Source of the DNA: Octopus sinensis
Lineage: Eukaryota
NCBI RefSeq assembly: GCF_006345805.1
Contig: NC_043009.1
Location: forward strand, 4,092,001-4,156,000
Length of the DNA: 64,000 nucleotides
Direction of reading: 5' to 3'
A program made the position numbers and the translations under genes. This document shows, piece after piece, positions 13,619-26,750 of this stretch (position 1 is the stretch's first letter; the number at the start of each line of letters is the position of its first letter). A model generated the notes under the pieces. The model was not told where the DNA came from. It saw only the letters and a program-made list of their open reading frames with translations, and ran no database searches.

Positions 13619-14430
13619 CACACACACGCACACACACACGCACACACACACGCACATATCTGTATTTCTGATGAGATATACATTTTAACATTTCTTTAAA
13701 TTATCTGATGGGAAGATAGCGGCAACACACACTTACATACAAAGGGTATATTTATATAGATACACGTTTAGCTATATAGCCATATATATTTCTTAATTAT
13801 ACAATCAATACTTGTATCCAGGTATATATATATATATATAATATAAATAGTTGTGGGTGTGTATAACATAATTTTAGCAGGAATAGATATCTGGAGCATT
13901 GTGGTATATGCATGGATGCTTGAAAGTAAAGTAGCGTTGTGCATACGTATACATATTCGCATATATGTATGTGTGATATATATATATATATATATTGATT
14001 GGTAGTATTTATATATCACGGATAATATATATATATATATATATACGCTTATCATTATCAAAATGGTCATTCTAAGAGTCGCGATGAATGAGTGTGTACG
14101 CGTAGATTTATACTCCACAAACACAAACATTCATATATATATAAATATATATATATATATATGTAATAAAATAGAACATATGCATATAATAAACATATAT
14201 GTAACTACCTACCTGTACATATACACGCATATATGTGTACAGGACACCAAAGGGACGTCGAACAATAGAGAGACGAAACACATAGACACAACCAAGGAAC
14301 AAGACAAGCAAAAAAAAGAGAGATACAGGACAATAAGCACAACGAAAAATCCCCTTCTTCAGTCGCTAAGGTTCATCTACTAAACGTTTCGAAGGATATA
14401 TATATATACAAACTCGTGTATATTGGTACG

Positions 14431-14580
14431 GGCGCAGCTGTGTGGTAATAAGTTTCCTTTCCAGCCACATGGTTCCGGGTTCAATCTCACTGCGTGTTAA
14501 TTTGAGCAAATATATTTTCTATCATAGCCTCGGGCCGACCAAAGCTGTATTGGGTAGACGGAAACTGAAAGAAGCCTATC

Positions 14581-14615
<35 letters not shown>

Positions 14616-14750
14616 GAGATTAGGTGTGTGTGTGTGTGTGTGTTTTGTCCCCACTGCTAGCGTAACAGCGTTTCGGCAAAGCAGACCAGCAGAAAAAGGA
14701 CCACGCTTAAAATAAAACATGTCTGGGGTCGATTTGCTCGGCCAAAATTC
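14431..14750 (+). mobile_element. SINE family B, 3' truncated
   Basis: Head ccacatggttccgggttcaatc, atagcctcgggccgaccaaag, gacggaaactgaaagaagcc, internal (TA)n(TG)n. Confidence 0.9.
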
Positions 14751-15156
14751 GTCAAGGTTGTGTACACACACACACACATGCATATATATATATATTATAT
14801 ATAGGGTGATGAGTATAACTTATTAGAGAGAGAGAAAGAAAAACGAAGGTGGGGTGTAAGAGAAAAATTATTAAAACGTTTTAAACAGATCTTTTAAGAA
14901 GATGGATCGAAAATTGATAGATAGACAGAAGAATAGACGGGGTGGGGAAGTGGAATTTAAGAATGGAGAGAAGAGTGTAACGAAGAGGTAGGATGAATAA
15001 AGAATAGTATATTGAGAGAAATGGAGAGTCGAAGATAAAATTTGATTGAGAATTGGCAATAATTAATACATTTTATAGAAATTATTCATTCACTAGTCAC
15101 TCCTTCTTCCTTTCTTTTTTAAATAGTAGATTGTGTTTTCGCTTCTCTTTGGAGAA

Positions 15157-15201
<45 letters not shown>

Positions 15202-15284
15202 CTATCTATCTATCTATGTGTGCGTGTGTATAAACAGTACAATCATCTTTGTGCATGTGCGTGTGTATATATACACGCACACAT

Positions 15285-15447
15285 AGGCGCAGAAGTGGTT
15301 GGGTAGTAAGTAGTTTGCTTACCAACCACATGGTTTCAGGTTCAGTCCCACTACGTGGCGACTTGGGTAAGTGTCTTCTGCTATAGCCTCGGGCCGACCA
15401 ATGCTTTGTGAGCGGATTTGCTAGACGGAAACTGAAAGAAGCCCATC

Positions 15448-15483
<36 letters not shown>

Positions 15484-15700
15484 TCACATACACACACAGA
15501 GATATGTATGTGTACCTGTGTTTGTACCCCCCCCCCCCCAACATCGCTTGACAACCGGTGCTGGTGTATTTACAAAAGAGATCGAATGAATAAGTACTAG
15601 ACTTACAAAGAATATGTCCTGGGATCGATTTGCTCGACTAAAGGCGGTGCTCCAGCATGGCCGCAGTCAAATGACTGAACCAAGTAAAAGAATAAAAGAA
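15285..15700 (+). mobile_element. SINE family B, near full length
   Basis: aggcgcagaagtggttg..caccttggg-like CORE segment..gcggtgctccagcatggccgcagtcaaatgactga..aaagaataaaaga tail. Confidence 0.92.
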
Positions 15701-16119
15701 TATATGTATATGTTTGTGAGTGCGTATAAACATATATGTATACATTGCATACGCATGTATATATGTGTGTGCAGAGAGAGAATGGCACACACACACACAT
15801 ATACACGCGCGCGGATGTATAAATGTATTTGTGTGTGTAACAAACGCGCGGAAGCGTAAGGGCAGAAAAGGCAGAAACAGATAGAAGATAAAACAAACGA
15901 AAATTGAATCCTCATCAGCTACCGTGCTAAGAATTCGCGGTTTCGATACCCACTCATACATACACATACATCAATGTATAATAACTAGTTTGTTTGTCTG
16001 TCTATATATTTTCTTTCTTTTATCACATCATATATCTTTGCATCGATTTCTCTTTTCTTCTACACACGCTCACTAACTTCTGTATAATTTTAATATTTAA
16101 ATTAGTTTCTCTGTCTGTG

Positions 16120-16120
<1 letters not shown>

Positions 16121-16192
<72 letters not shown>

Positions 16193-16239
16193 AAATCTAT
16201 ATAATTATCTATCTACCTATATGTCTGTCTGTATACTTG

Positions 16240-16280
<41 letters not shown>
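16121..16280. repeat. (TATC)n tetranucleotide microsatellite
   Basis: Directly visible. Confidence 0.95.
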
Positions 16281-17964
16281 TCATTCTTCTGTGAGTTTCA
16301 CTTTCAAATATAAGACGTCTATCATCATCAACATCATCATATCTCACAATAAGATTACCACCACCAACATCATCATCATCAAATTCAACCTGTTTTTTAC
16401 TACAGTCCTTGCTCGTATTGTTCTTGTCACAAATGCTGCCGAGTTTACCGTTTGCTACTTATCAAGTTGTCGACACCATTATTCATGTAGTAGTAGTAGT
16501 AATGGTGGTGGTGTTTTTTTTCTGACAGGGTCTGGTGGTAATAGTCCAAACAATAGTAGTGCTGTGCTGTTGTTAGTGACTCTGATAATGTTCATAGTGT
16601 TTTAATGTGTTCACAATAAAGCAACAGTCATACAAATATACACACATTAAAGAGAGAGAAAAAATAGAATAGAAACAAAGGCGAGAGAGAGAGAGACAGT
16701 GAGTGAGTGAGAGGTCAATTATTGCATTATAATGACGGCTGGATGTATCATGCTGACAGAACGATGTGTCATACTTATATAACAAACTCTTAATGCTTGT
16801 ATTAACATCAGTTGTATAACGTAATGTTTTGTGCTGTAAATAGAACTATTAATACTTGGAGGCTGGTTGGATTGGACAGGGATGGGCTGGGCTGGAATTG
16901 TGAGAGACTGGGATGGATTGGCAGAATCGATAAAGTGTTAAGCACTAAATGTCTTCGTGTAAGTATTTAGCAACATCCGTTTCAGTTCTAGGTTCAAATC
17001 TCGCTGAGGGCAAAATTACTCTTTGATATGTCAAGGGAAAGCTTATAAGGGAAAATAAAAGTACAACAGTCCAGCAATGTTGCCATATTACATAGATATA
17101 TGTATTCTATATTTCTCTCTCTCTCTCTCTCTCTCTTTTTCTCTCCAGCTCAACTTAGGTTTTTCACACACACACACACACACAGATACATGTGTGTGCG
17201 CGCATGTTTTATTAAAACAGATGTTCCAACAAACAGCATTTAATTCTGTTTATTGTTCAGGAAACACCAGGAAACGTGTTCTGGAACGAAACTAATTGAC
17301 TTTTGTCGAGCTCACTGTTTTTTGTTGTTTTTGTTTTTATTTTAATAAAACGTCGACAGTCAGTTTTAATACCTTGAGTATTTCATTCTAAGTGGCTTTA
17401 GCATGTACCTGAGAACAGGTAACATCAGGATTTATTTATTTATATATATATATATGTATACTCACAGAGGGAGGACAACTTATAATGTTTCATCGTAACG
17501 AATGGATAATTTAAATCCCTACAAGTGGGAACGGATTAGGTTGTCATAAATCAAATTCTGGCATTTATACATAAGATAACACTTAGACCTGCGCTTGTGT
17601 GTGCGCACACACTCAAAACACATTCATAGAAATACAAAGATAAATGTATCTATACAAGCACGTACTCACACACATATACAACTACATTTATATGCGTTTG
17701 AATATATATCGCGTATTTCTAGCATATATATTCATATATTCATTTGTATCCTTTGGGATAATTGCAAATGTAAGGGAGATATTCAAATTAATAAACAAGT
17801 AATAAAAATAGCTATAATTTATGAATCGTTCTGTAGACAAGCGATTGGTATTCTTTGTCTGATGAAGCTCTAAGACGACTAGAAACTAGTCATTTGGAAC
17901 CGGCTTTTTCTGACTGGGGTAAGATGTACTCTAAGGTGTAATCCCGTTGTTTAAGTCTCTAGGA

Positions 17965-18364
17965 CAGTATTTCTCAACCATTTTAACCATGCGTAACCCT
18001 TAAAATACATTACATGTCTCAAGGAACCCCTATATGATAAAAAAAACTTATACCATAACTTCATATTTTTTATCGTAGTTGATGTGGTAAAAATCATATA
18101 TATATACATATATATATATATATATGATATCCATAAATTACAGACATCACTAAATATATCCCCAATGGTTGTTATATTTTTAGGATAATATAATAGCTTA
18201 GATAGGATGATATCTACATTACAATAACCAATAATATGCTATGCATGTATAGTAATATTACGGTCATGAAGTTAGCATTAACTTATCTCGCTCTGTCTCG
18301 TGGAACCCCTAGGAACATTTTGCAGAATCCTAGGGTTCCGGGGAACCCCGACTGAGAAACGCTG
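17965..18364. mobile_element. Non-autonomous hAT (Charlie/MER-type) MITE
   Basis: Imperfect TIRs cagtatttctcaacc / gactgagaaacgctg; subterminal ggaacccc repeats; 8-bp flanks ctctagga / ttctatgt resemble the Charlie NTCTAGAN target preference. Confidence 0.75.
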
Positions 18365-18389
18365 TTCTATGTAGTCGGGAGCAGACTCA

Positions 18390-18615
18390 CGCTATCTCTG
18401 CCCTGTTGTACTTGAGTCAGTGGAGCATCGAGGATGTGTGAATGCGATTGCACTCCGCTGGTACTCAGTTTCAGTTGAGGAGACTGAAGCAAAATGAAAC
18501 AAAAGGCTTTGGTCATGGAAACAGTATCCACCATACTCCGCCTGCTGCAAGTATTGAACGTTGGACGATTCAATCATGAGCAACAGGACAGTAACGACTA
18601 ACCCACGTACCTCCG
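18390..18615 (-). mobile_element. Old, diverged D-like tRNA SINE
   Basis: gaagcaaaatgaaacaaaaggc..attgaacg..caatcatgagcaac..aacgactaacccacgtacctcc aligns loosely with 45850-45973. Confidence 0.5.
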
Positions 18616-18884
18616 TAAACACGCTCACACAAATATGTTTATAAAGTCAACAACGCTTGCATATGATTACATTAGTGCTCATCTATACATCTCTTGTGTA
18701 ACCTCATTCAACTGAAAATGTTCAACCTACAATATTACATACGATCCACCCGGCAGCATTTTATGATTAGTGAACCCAACGCTGCCCCGAGGTGTTGTGT
18801 GTGTGAGAAAGAGAAAATGAGAAGGATAGAGAAGAGTGCATGAGAGAGAGGGAGATTTGGAAGTGGGGCCACGTCTTGCTTTTC

Positions 18885-19051
18885 ACAAAATGCATGTGTT
18901 CATGTTCTGAGTTCAAACGCTGCCGGGGGTCAACTTTGCCTCTCATCCTTTCGGGGTTGATAAATTAAATACCAGTTATACGCTAGGGTCGATGTAATCG
19001 ACCTATCTCTTCCCCTAAAATATCAGGCCTTGTGTCTATAGCAGAAAGGAT
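18885..19051 (+). mobile_element. SINE family A (A2 tail), 5' truncated
   Basis: gttctgagttcaaac..ctcatcctttcggggttgataaattaaataccag..tcaggccttgtgtctatagcagaaagga. Confidence 0.88.
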
Positions 19052-19174
19052 ATAGTGACGTTCTGGAGAGAACAAGCAACTTTCTCACATCACACTTGTA
19101 TGTGTTCCTGTACATATACAAAAGACACACACACACACACACAAATGCCTCTGTGCAGATATCTTGATATATAT

Positions 19175-19630
19175 GTATGGTGGTTGTCTATTTATGCAGA
19201 GTCTGACCACTTCTTGTACCTACACCTTAGATCCATTTTGACGTCTGATGTACCTTTTTTAACCTGACAATGTACTGAAAAGACACCCACATAGATTGCA
19301 TATACGATTTGGACCACCAAAAGCTACAAGTCAAGTTCTGATCTGTGTGGATCTTAAAATGGTCTTTTGAGGCCTCCGTTAGAATTGCAGATCTTACAGC
19401 ACACACGACATTAAAAGGTATGCACAGATATTTAGGCAGAACAGTTGGTGGATGCTCGTTTTTCATGGGTCCTTAAATGAGATTTTAGCCCAGCGAAAGA
19501 AAGCATTTTCTGTCACAAACTGTGCACACAAAAAGTCAATCAGATTCGCTTTTTCGATCGCAACATTCTTCTTTAAATCTCTCTTGAGTCTTGCTTATGG
19601 TATCCTGGCCTCATCAAACGCTTTCACTCC
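19175..19630 (-). pseudogene. Decayed 3' end of an RTE-type LINE ORF with three C2H2 zinc-finger motifs
   Basis: Manual translation of the minus strand: GVKAFDEARIP*ARLKRDLKK..CTVCDRKC-(fs)-AGLKSHLRTH..CRVCCKICNSNGGLKR-(fs)-HFKIH..CNLCGCLFSTLSG*KRYIRRQ..stop at 19222-19220, then a short 3' UTR into (TA)n. The G-x2-F(D/E)-x2-R..KR motif followed by CxxC..GLxSHxRxH is typical of RTE C-termini. Confidence 0.75.
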
Positions 19631-20351
19631 AATACATACACACACTCACACACACACAAATGTATTAGTGCCAGAAAGAAATGTTAAACGGTCTACATAC
19701 TACTGTGTGAGGGAAAAACCATATATAAAAAGTTACGTGTGATAACTCGGTAAAATAGTACATGGCATATAGTGTACTGTCCTCTGTCTGTCTCTCTCTC
19801 TTATTTTCTCCCTCTCACACTCACACTCATGTATATTAATTCGATGTACATATGTGAAACTGAATGAGAGAGAAGAGTGATATATATATATATATATGTA
19901 TACACACACACACACACACACACACATACATATATATCACAAAAAGGAGTGAAGGGGGACAAATATATATCGATCGAGGTGTGAGGTGGGTAGTTTAAGG
20001 TTTGTAAGAAATTAAAGGTCAGAGAAATGAAATATCAGGAGTTATTGCAAGAAAGAAAAGTTTGTGTATTGGAAACCACGTCTTAGAAGATTACAGAAAC
20101 TCACACACGTACCATACACAAACATAATTCTTTCAGAGCATATGTATACGCGCTCTTATTATATGTGAGAGTGTTTTATAATTATGAAGGTTGGGAATAT
20201 TAGCTGCAAGAATTATATACCAGTGTAGGATCAAGTACTGCATGACTATCTTCGAATTTTCCCGGGCAATGGGCTTGTTACATTGCCTAACTACGCTACT
20301 GCCTGCGGAATTTCGAAGATATTATCAATAATATGCATACATACATCATAC

Positions 20352-20394
<43 letters not shown>

Positions 20395-20404
20395 ATATAT
20401 ATAT

Positions 20405-20778
20405 AGGCGTAGGAGTGCTGTGTGGTAGTGCTTGCTTACCAACCACATGGTTCCGGGTTCAGTCCCACTGCGTGGCACCTTGGGCAAGTGTCTTCTACTA
20501 TAGAAGCGTTGTGAGTGGATTTGGTAGACGGAAACTGAAAGAAGCCCGTCGTATATATATATGTATATATATATTGTGTGGTGTGGTGTTTGTGTTTGTC
20601 CCCCCAACAACGCTTGACAACCGATGCTGGTATGTTACGTCCCCGTATCTTAGCGGTTCGGCAAAACAGACCGATAGAATAAGTACTAGGCTTACAAAGT
20701 CCTGGGGTCGATTTGATCGACTAAAAAGGTGGTTGCTCCAGCATGGCCACAGTCAAATGACTATGAAACAAGTAAAAG
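20405..20778 (+). mobile_element. SINE family B, copy 1 of local tandem duplication
   Basis: Near full-length B with private deletions shared with the 20833 copy. Confidence 0.93.
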
Positions 20779-20794
20779 TGTGAAGTGTAAAATG

Positions 20795-20828
<34 letters not shown>

Positions 20829-20832
20829 ATAT

Positions 20833-21202
20833 AGGCGTAGGAGTGGCTGTGTGGTAAGTAGCTTGCTTACCAACCACATGGTTCCGGGTTCAGTCCCACT
20901 GCGTGGCACCTTGGGCAAGTGTCTTCTACTATAGAAGCCTTGTGAGTGGATTTGGTAGACGGAAACTGAAAGAAGCCCGTCGTATATATATATGTATATA
21001 TATGTGTGTGTGTGTGTTTGTGTTTGTCCCCCCAACAACGCTTGACAACCGATGCTGGTATGTTTACGTCCCCGTATCTTAGCGGTTCGGCAAAACAGAC
21101 CGATAGAAAATACTAGGCTTACAAAGTCCTGGGGTCGATTTGATCGACTAAAAAGGTGGTGCTCCAGCATGGCCACAGTCAAATGACTGAAACAAGTAAA
21201 AG
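20833..21202 (+). mobile_element. SINE family B, copy 2 of local tandem duplication
   Basis: Near identical to the 20405 copy, including the 3' flank tgtgaagtgtaaaatg. Confidence 0.93.
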
Positions 21203-21234
21203 TGTGAAGTGTAAAATGTATATATATAATATAT

Positions 21235-21265
<31 letters not shown>

Positions 21266-21415
21266 GCGTAGTTATGTGGTGAAATGGTTTCTTCTCAACC
21301 ACATGGTTCTGGGTTCAGTCCTACTGCATAGCGTCTTCGTTAAGGGGTTGATTTGTTCGACTCAAAAGGCGGTGCTCCAACATGGCCACAATCAAAGGAC
21401 AAACAAATAAAAGAG
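21266..21415 (+). mobile_element. SINE family B, head joined to tail (internal deletion)
   Basis: caaccacatggttctgggttcagtcc directly followed by ggggttgatttgttcgactcaaaaggcggtgctccaacatggcc. Confidence 0.75.
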
Positions 21416-21619
21416 TGCACTAGATTCAGAAATACACTTTGACGTCTTTTGCTTTGGTTTTAGTTGTGCTTAGAGGTGGTCCCCGAATCTGAAGAACTGG
21501 GGTCAATTCGTTCGAACAAATTTCTTCAAGGCTTTGCCCCAACATGGCCACAGTCAAATGACTGAAACAATTAAAAGGAAAATAGATGTATGAGATAGTG
21601 AAAGACATATGTTTGTGCG

Positions 21620-21838
21620 TGTACACGTACACACGCATCGTATGCGTGTGTACGTGATTGTGGTACGTGTTTGTATGTATGTATATATACATATACATAT
21701 ATATGTGTGTGGATATATATATGTTTGTGTGTATACATATGTTTGTGAGTTGTGTGTATATATATATATATTATATATTATATATGTCTGTGTTTGTATA
21801 TGTTTGTGTGTATATATATAATATATTATATGTTTGTG

Positions 21839-21874
<36 letters not shown>

Positions 21875-22897
21875 TTTGTGTGTATATATATATATGTTTG
21901 TGTGTGTATATATATATATGTTAGTGTGTGATATATATATATATAGTATAACATATTGCTTATGTTATATATATATATGTATGTATATGTATGTATACAT
22001 ATATGCTTATGTATATATATATATATGTATGTATATGTATGTATACATATATATGTATATGTGTATATATATATATATTTGTATATATGTGTGTATGTGT
22101 ATGTACTTACGTGTACTGTTGTGTATGTGCTGTAAATTATAGGGAATATATAAAATGTATTGTACGCAAACTTTATTTGATATGATATAGAACTCAATAC
22201 GCAGGGTAAAGTCCATAAGTATGTTCATTATATCAATAATTTACGGACCGTACAGAGCCTTTCCGCAGGTTCGAATGCGATGTGTGTGTTTAATGTGTAC
22301 ATACACCCAAACCGGCGATGTGTAATCTTTTTTATTTTCTTTCCTTTTCTATTCGTTATGTTGGATTTAAAGGAAAGACCACATCAGCCCCAGCACCATC
22401 TTTTCTTAAGCCTATTTCCCCTTCTATTCCATTTAGTCTGACCAACAATGCCACACACAACCGACACTATATTATTTTATGATTTCACGACTCTGCCAGA
22501 GAAGAATGAGATAGAGGAACGGAGATAAGACAACGTTTGTTCCTTCTTCAGCCAAAATCACGAAAATTCCTTCATTCCTTCTATATCATTCCCTTTATAT
22601 TCTACTCGGCTTTATTGTTTCATTCTTTCCTTCCCATACTTAAAGGAATCCAAACGTCTGTCGCTCTTTCTTATTTATGTTCTTTCTGTCGTTCCTTCTT
22701 TCTTCCATTTTCACTTTTATTTCCTTCTTTTTCTTTGTTGTTTTTGTATGTACTAAAGTTTTCTCTCCAGCACTCTATCTATCCTTTCTGACCCTGCATA
22801 TACACACATGCATAATCATACATACACACATATATACATATATACGCACATGCATAGATATATACATATACGCATACATACATATGTACATACATAG

Positions 22898-22932
<35 letters not shown>

Positions 22933-23190
22933 CATACACATACATAGACACAGACATACATACATATGCACACACACATACATATATACATACATATGCA
23001 TAGATAGATACACATACATATACACACATATACATACATATATATATATGTGTGTGTGGTGTATATGTATGTGTGTGTGTATATATATATATGTGTGTGT
23101 GTGTGTATGTATGTATATATATATATAATATATATCTATATACAATATAATATATATATATATATAATATATATATATATATATACAAGA
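21620..23190. repeat. Two large (TA)/(TG)/(CA) mosaic microsatellite fields flanking a short unique, pyrimidine-rich segment
   Basis: Directly visible at about 21620-22140 and 22795-23190. Confidence 0.9.
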
Positions 23191-23426
23191 TACATATTAG
23201 GGTAGCGCATATTCGTTATAAATATCACCCACCTGGCCTAGCATGTATAAATAGCCAATAGACAACTTATTCAAAATTTAAAATAGTGTACATTTAAACA
23301 CAAAAGAAATTATCCTTTAACAGGTAATTTTACATGCTAGAAGAAGCAGCCAACACGGCCAAAACCACGATTTAATAGCAATTTTCGAAAGAATGAAAAA
23401 TAAAAACTTTTACCCAGTTATTTTTT

Positions 23427-23518
<92 letters not shown>

Positions 23519-24704
23519 AACGCGTGTATCTTTACATCTAACGGTATATCTATTCATATATCTATCTACCGGTTGTTGTAACTATTGCTTATTCGTCCCA
23601 GCACCCGTTTTTCTCCTCCCTTCTTCAATTCATTTTCCTTATTTCACATGTTTTCCATAGAATGGAATCACATTATTCGCCCTCTCCCTCGCTTTCATCT
23701 TCTCGCATTGTATTCGTCCCTAGTCATTCCTTATTTCTTCTTGTCTTCAATTTTTTTCCCGTTCCTTCTTCTCCCGGCAATTTGCAGCCCAAGCTTTTTG
23801 CCATCAACTCATCGCTACGTTTTTCTTTCTATCTTTCGTGACCACATTTTTTTATTTAATATTTGGTGTTTAATATTTTTGTAAATGTGCTTCAATAGTT
23901 TGCCTCAGCCGCCACTTCGATGTTCCTTTTCTACATTTTATCACAGAATCGCCTGCAGTTTCTCCTATTGCCTGTTACATTTTTTTCGTTTATGCCACAC
24001 ACTCACCCATATATAAAATATATATATATTTGTGTATATGTGTGTCTGTGTTTAAAGAGAGGGAAAAAGCGACTCGTAACCTGCTTGAAGATCCTGTATA
24101 CCCTCGGGCAAAACTCAGAGTTGCAATAGAGTGACTCGACCAAAATGAAAATATCATTAATCGCTACTATTGTATTCAGTACATTCAACAACGCATCTAT
24201 CTATCTATCTATCTTTTTTCTTTTCCTTTTTTTCTTTTTTCCTCTTTTTTTTTGTTCTTTTTTCCCTTTTACGATCCCTTTTGATCGAAAACCTACGCCA
24301 TCTCTTTTTTTTCTCCCCCAAAAGAAAAGCTCTACCTTGTAACTTGTCCCATCTGTGTGCAGCCCTGTGTGGCCAATAAAGAAACTTATCCATCCATCCA
24401 TCCATCCATCCATCCATCTATCCATCTATCCATCTATCTATCTATCTATCTATCTATCTAAAGATACATACATCCACACACGCACACATATCCATACATA
24501 AAATGTTCTTAGCCATTCGTCTATTCCTGTTTGTGCTTGCATTCATTCGATCTCTTATTCCATCATTATATTATCTTCATTAGTTTTCATTTATACTTTT
24601 TAAAATACCAACTATCTTTGCACTTAGTTATATCATACAGCCTTCCAAAACTACATATCTATCTATCCATCTATCGGTATTATATGTGCGTATATAAGCA
24701 TGCA

Positions 24705-24740
<36 letters not shown>

Positions 24741-24984
24741 TATGGCGCGTGTGTGTGTTGTTACTTGCATATCTGCATATGCACCTAAATCTATGTATAA
24801 TCCATAAATAGTGATCTGTATAACAAGCGAACGAAGATTTATATTCGTGGAGGCACAGCCCGCCAGTTGTACAAACCAAATGTCCAGCAAAATTTATACA
24901 TTACTGCCTTAAAACTAGGAGGGCATACATCTTATGCAGTCCTACATCTGTGCGTGTAGGTGTGCGCGCCCGTGTATATATATA

Positions 24985-25015
<31 letters not shown>

Positions 25016-25123
25016 ACAATATAGTCAAAATCTTTGTCAACGACTAAACAGATACTGTAATACACACAAACTCTTGTATCTCTATGTCTCTTTCTCTCCC
25101 TTTCTCTCTCTCTCTCTCTCAAG

Positions 25124-25710
25124 ATATAGATAGATAGATAGATAGATAGTTAGACAGATAGTTAGACAGATACATAGATAGATGGATAGATAGACAGATA
25201 GATAGATAGTTAGACAGATAGATAGTTAGTTAGATAGACAGACAGATAGATAGATAGTTAGATAGACAGATAGATAGATAGAGAGATAGATAGATAGATA
25301 ACGGGGTAACGTTTCGAAGCAAAGTTGTGTGTGTGTGTGTGTGTCTGTGTGTGTGTGTGTGTGTGTTACGCGCGCACGTTTTCTTACATTTTTCTGTCAC
25401 ATCCTAGCGATAACTACTAGATCTGTGAACAAGAAATTGAAAATGTCGCCAACTACCGTTGCCGCTACCACGAACACCGCCGCCGACTCCTCCGCCATTA
25501 CCACCTCCGCCACCACCGCCGCCACTACTATCACTGCCATCGTTATCGTCGTAGTCGTAATCATCATCATCATCATCATCGTCACCAGCATCACATTCTT
25601 CACTACTACTGCTGTAAGACGACCAACTACTACATTCTGTAGATGGCGTTGAAGTCATACATTTATTTAGTTTTCTTGTCAACGTTTAACTACATCTATT
25701 CGCGCATACA

Positions 25711-25744
<34 letters not shown>

Positions 25745-26014
25745 CATACATACATATATACATACATGCATACATACATACATATAGGCACATAGTCACA
25801 AACACATACGCACGCGCATACATAAGCCCATACATACACAGAAATACGCGCTTGCAAGCATATACACATACATACGCGTGTAATTGTGCTGGTATACATA
25901 CATACAAAATGTATATATTCTATATACGTATGAGATAGATGCATACACTCGTACTTATTGATGCACGCGTATACATCCATATATATATGTATATGAATGT
26001 GTGTATGCGTATCG

Positions 26015-26045
<31 letters not shown>

Positions 26046-26750
26046 ATATATATAGTGTGTTTGTGTATGTGTATATATATATATATGTACACACACACGC
26101 CACACATATATATATACACAAACACATAATTACAAAATAATATATATATATACACACACTTGCACATGTATACATATACATGCACTCATGTTTGCTTACA
26201 TACATACATACATACAAAATGCAATATATTTTATATACATATATGACATAAACGCGTGCATACATATACGCATACTTACAAATAGATGCACGCGTCTATA
26301 GATAAATATATATATATATATAATAGAAACATACATACGAACATGATTGCAAAGATATATATACAGACACACATACTTGCGTACATAGAAATATATTAGA
26401 ATATACACCCTTGCACGTATATACACGTACATATATGTGTATTTGTGCTTGCATACATGCATACACTTGTACTCATAGATGCACGTATACATACATACAT
26501 ACATACATACATACATACATACATTATATGTGGTGTGTGTGTGTGTATGTATGTATGTATATATATATAAATCTAGTAATCTATATACGTACATAATTAC
26601 AAGCACACCACACGCATACGTACATAAGAATATGCACTTGCAAGCATACAAACATACATGTACACATACATACATACATACATATATACAGAATGCATAC
26701 ATACGCGCATCTGTACTTATATGCACATTCATAGTGCACATATATGCATG
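25124..26750. repeat. (GATA)n, (TG)n, degenerate trinucleotide and (TACA)n/(TA)n mosaic
   Basis: Directly visible. Confidence 0.9.

Noticed and set aside
17852-17900. CTGATGA..GAAACTAGTC hammerhead-like string
   Set aside because: The core and a palindromic stem III are present, but stems I and II do not pair convincingly and it is single copy.
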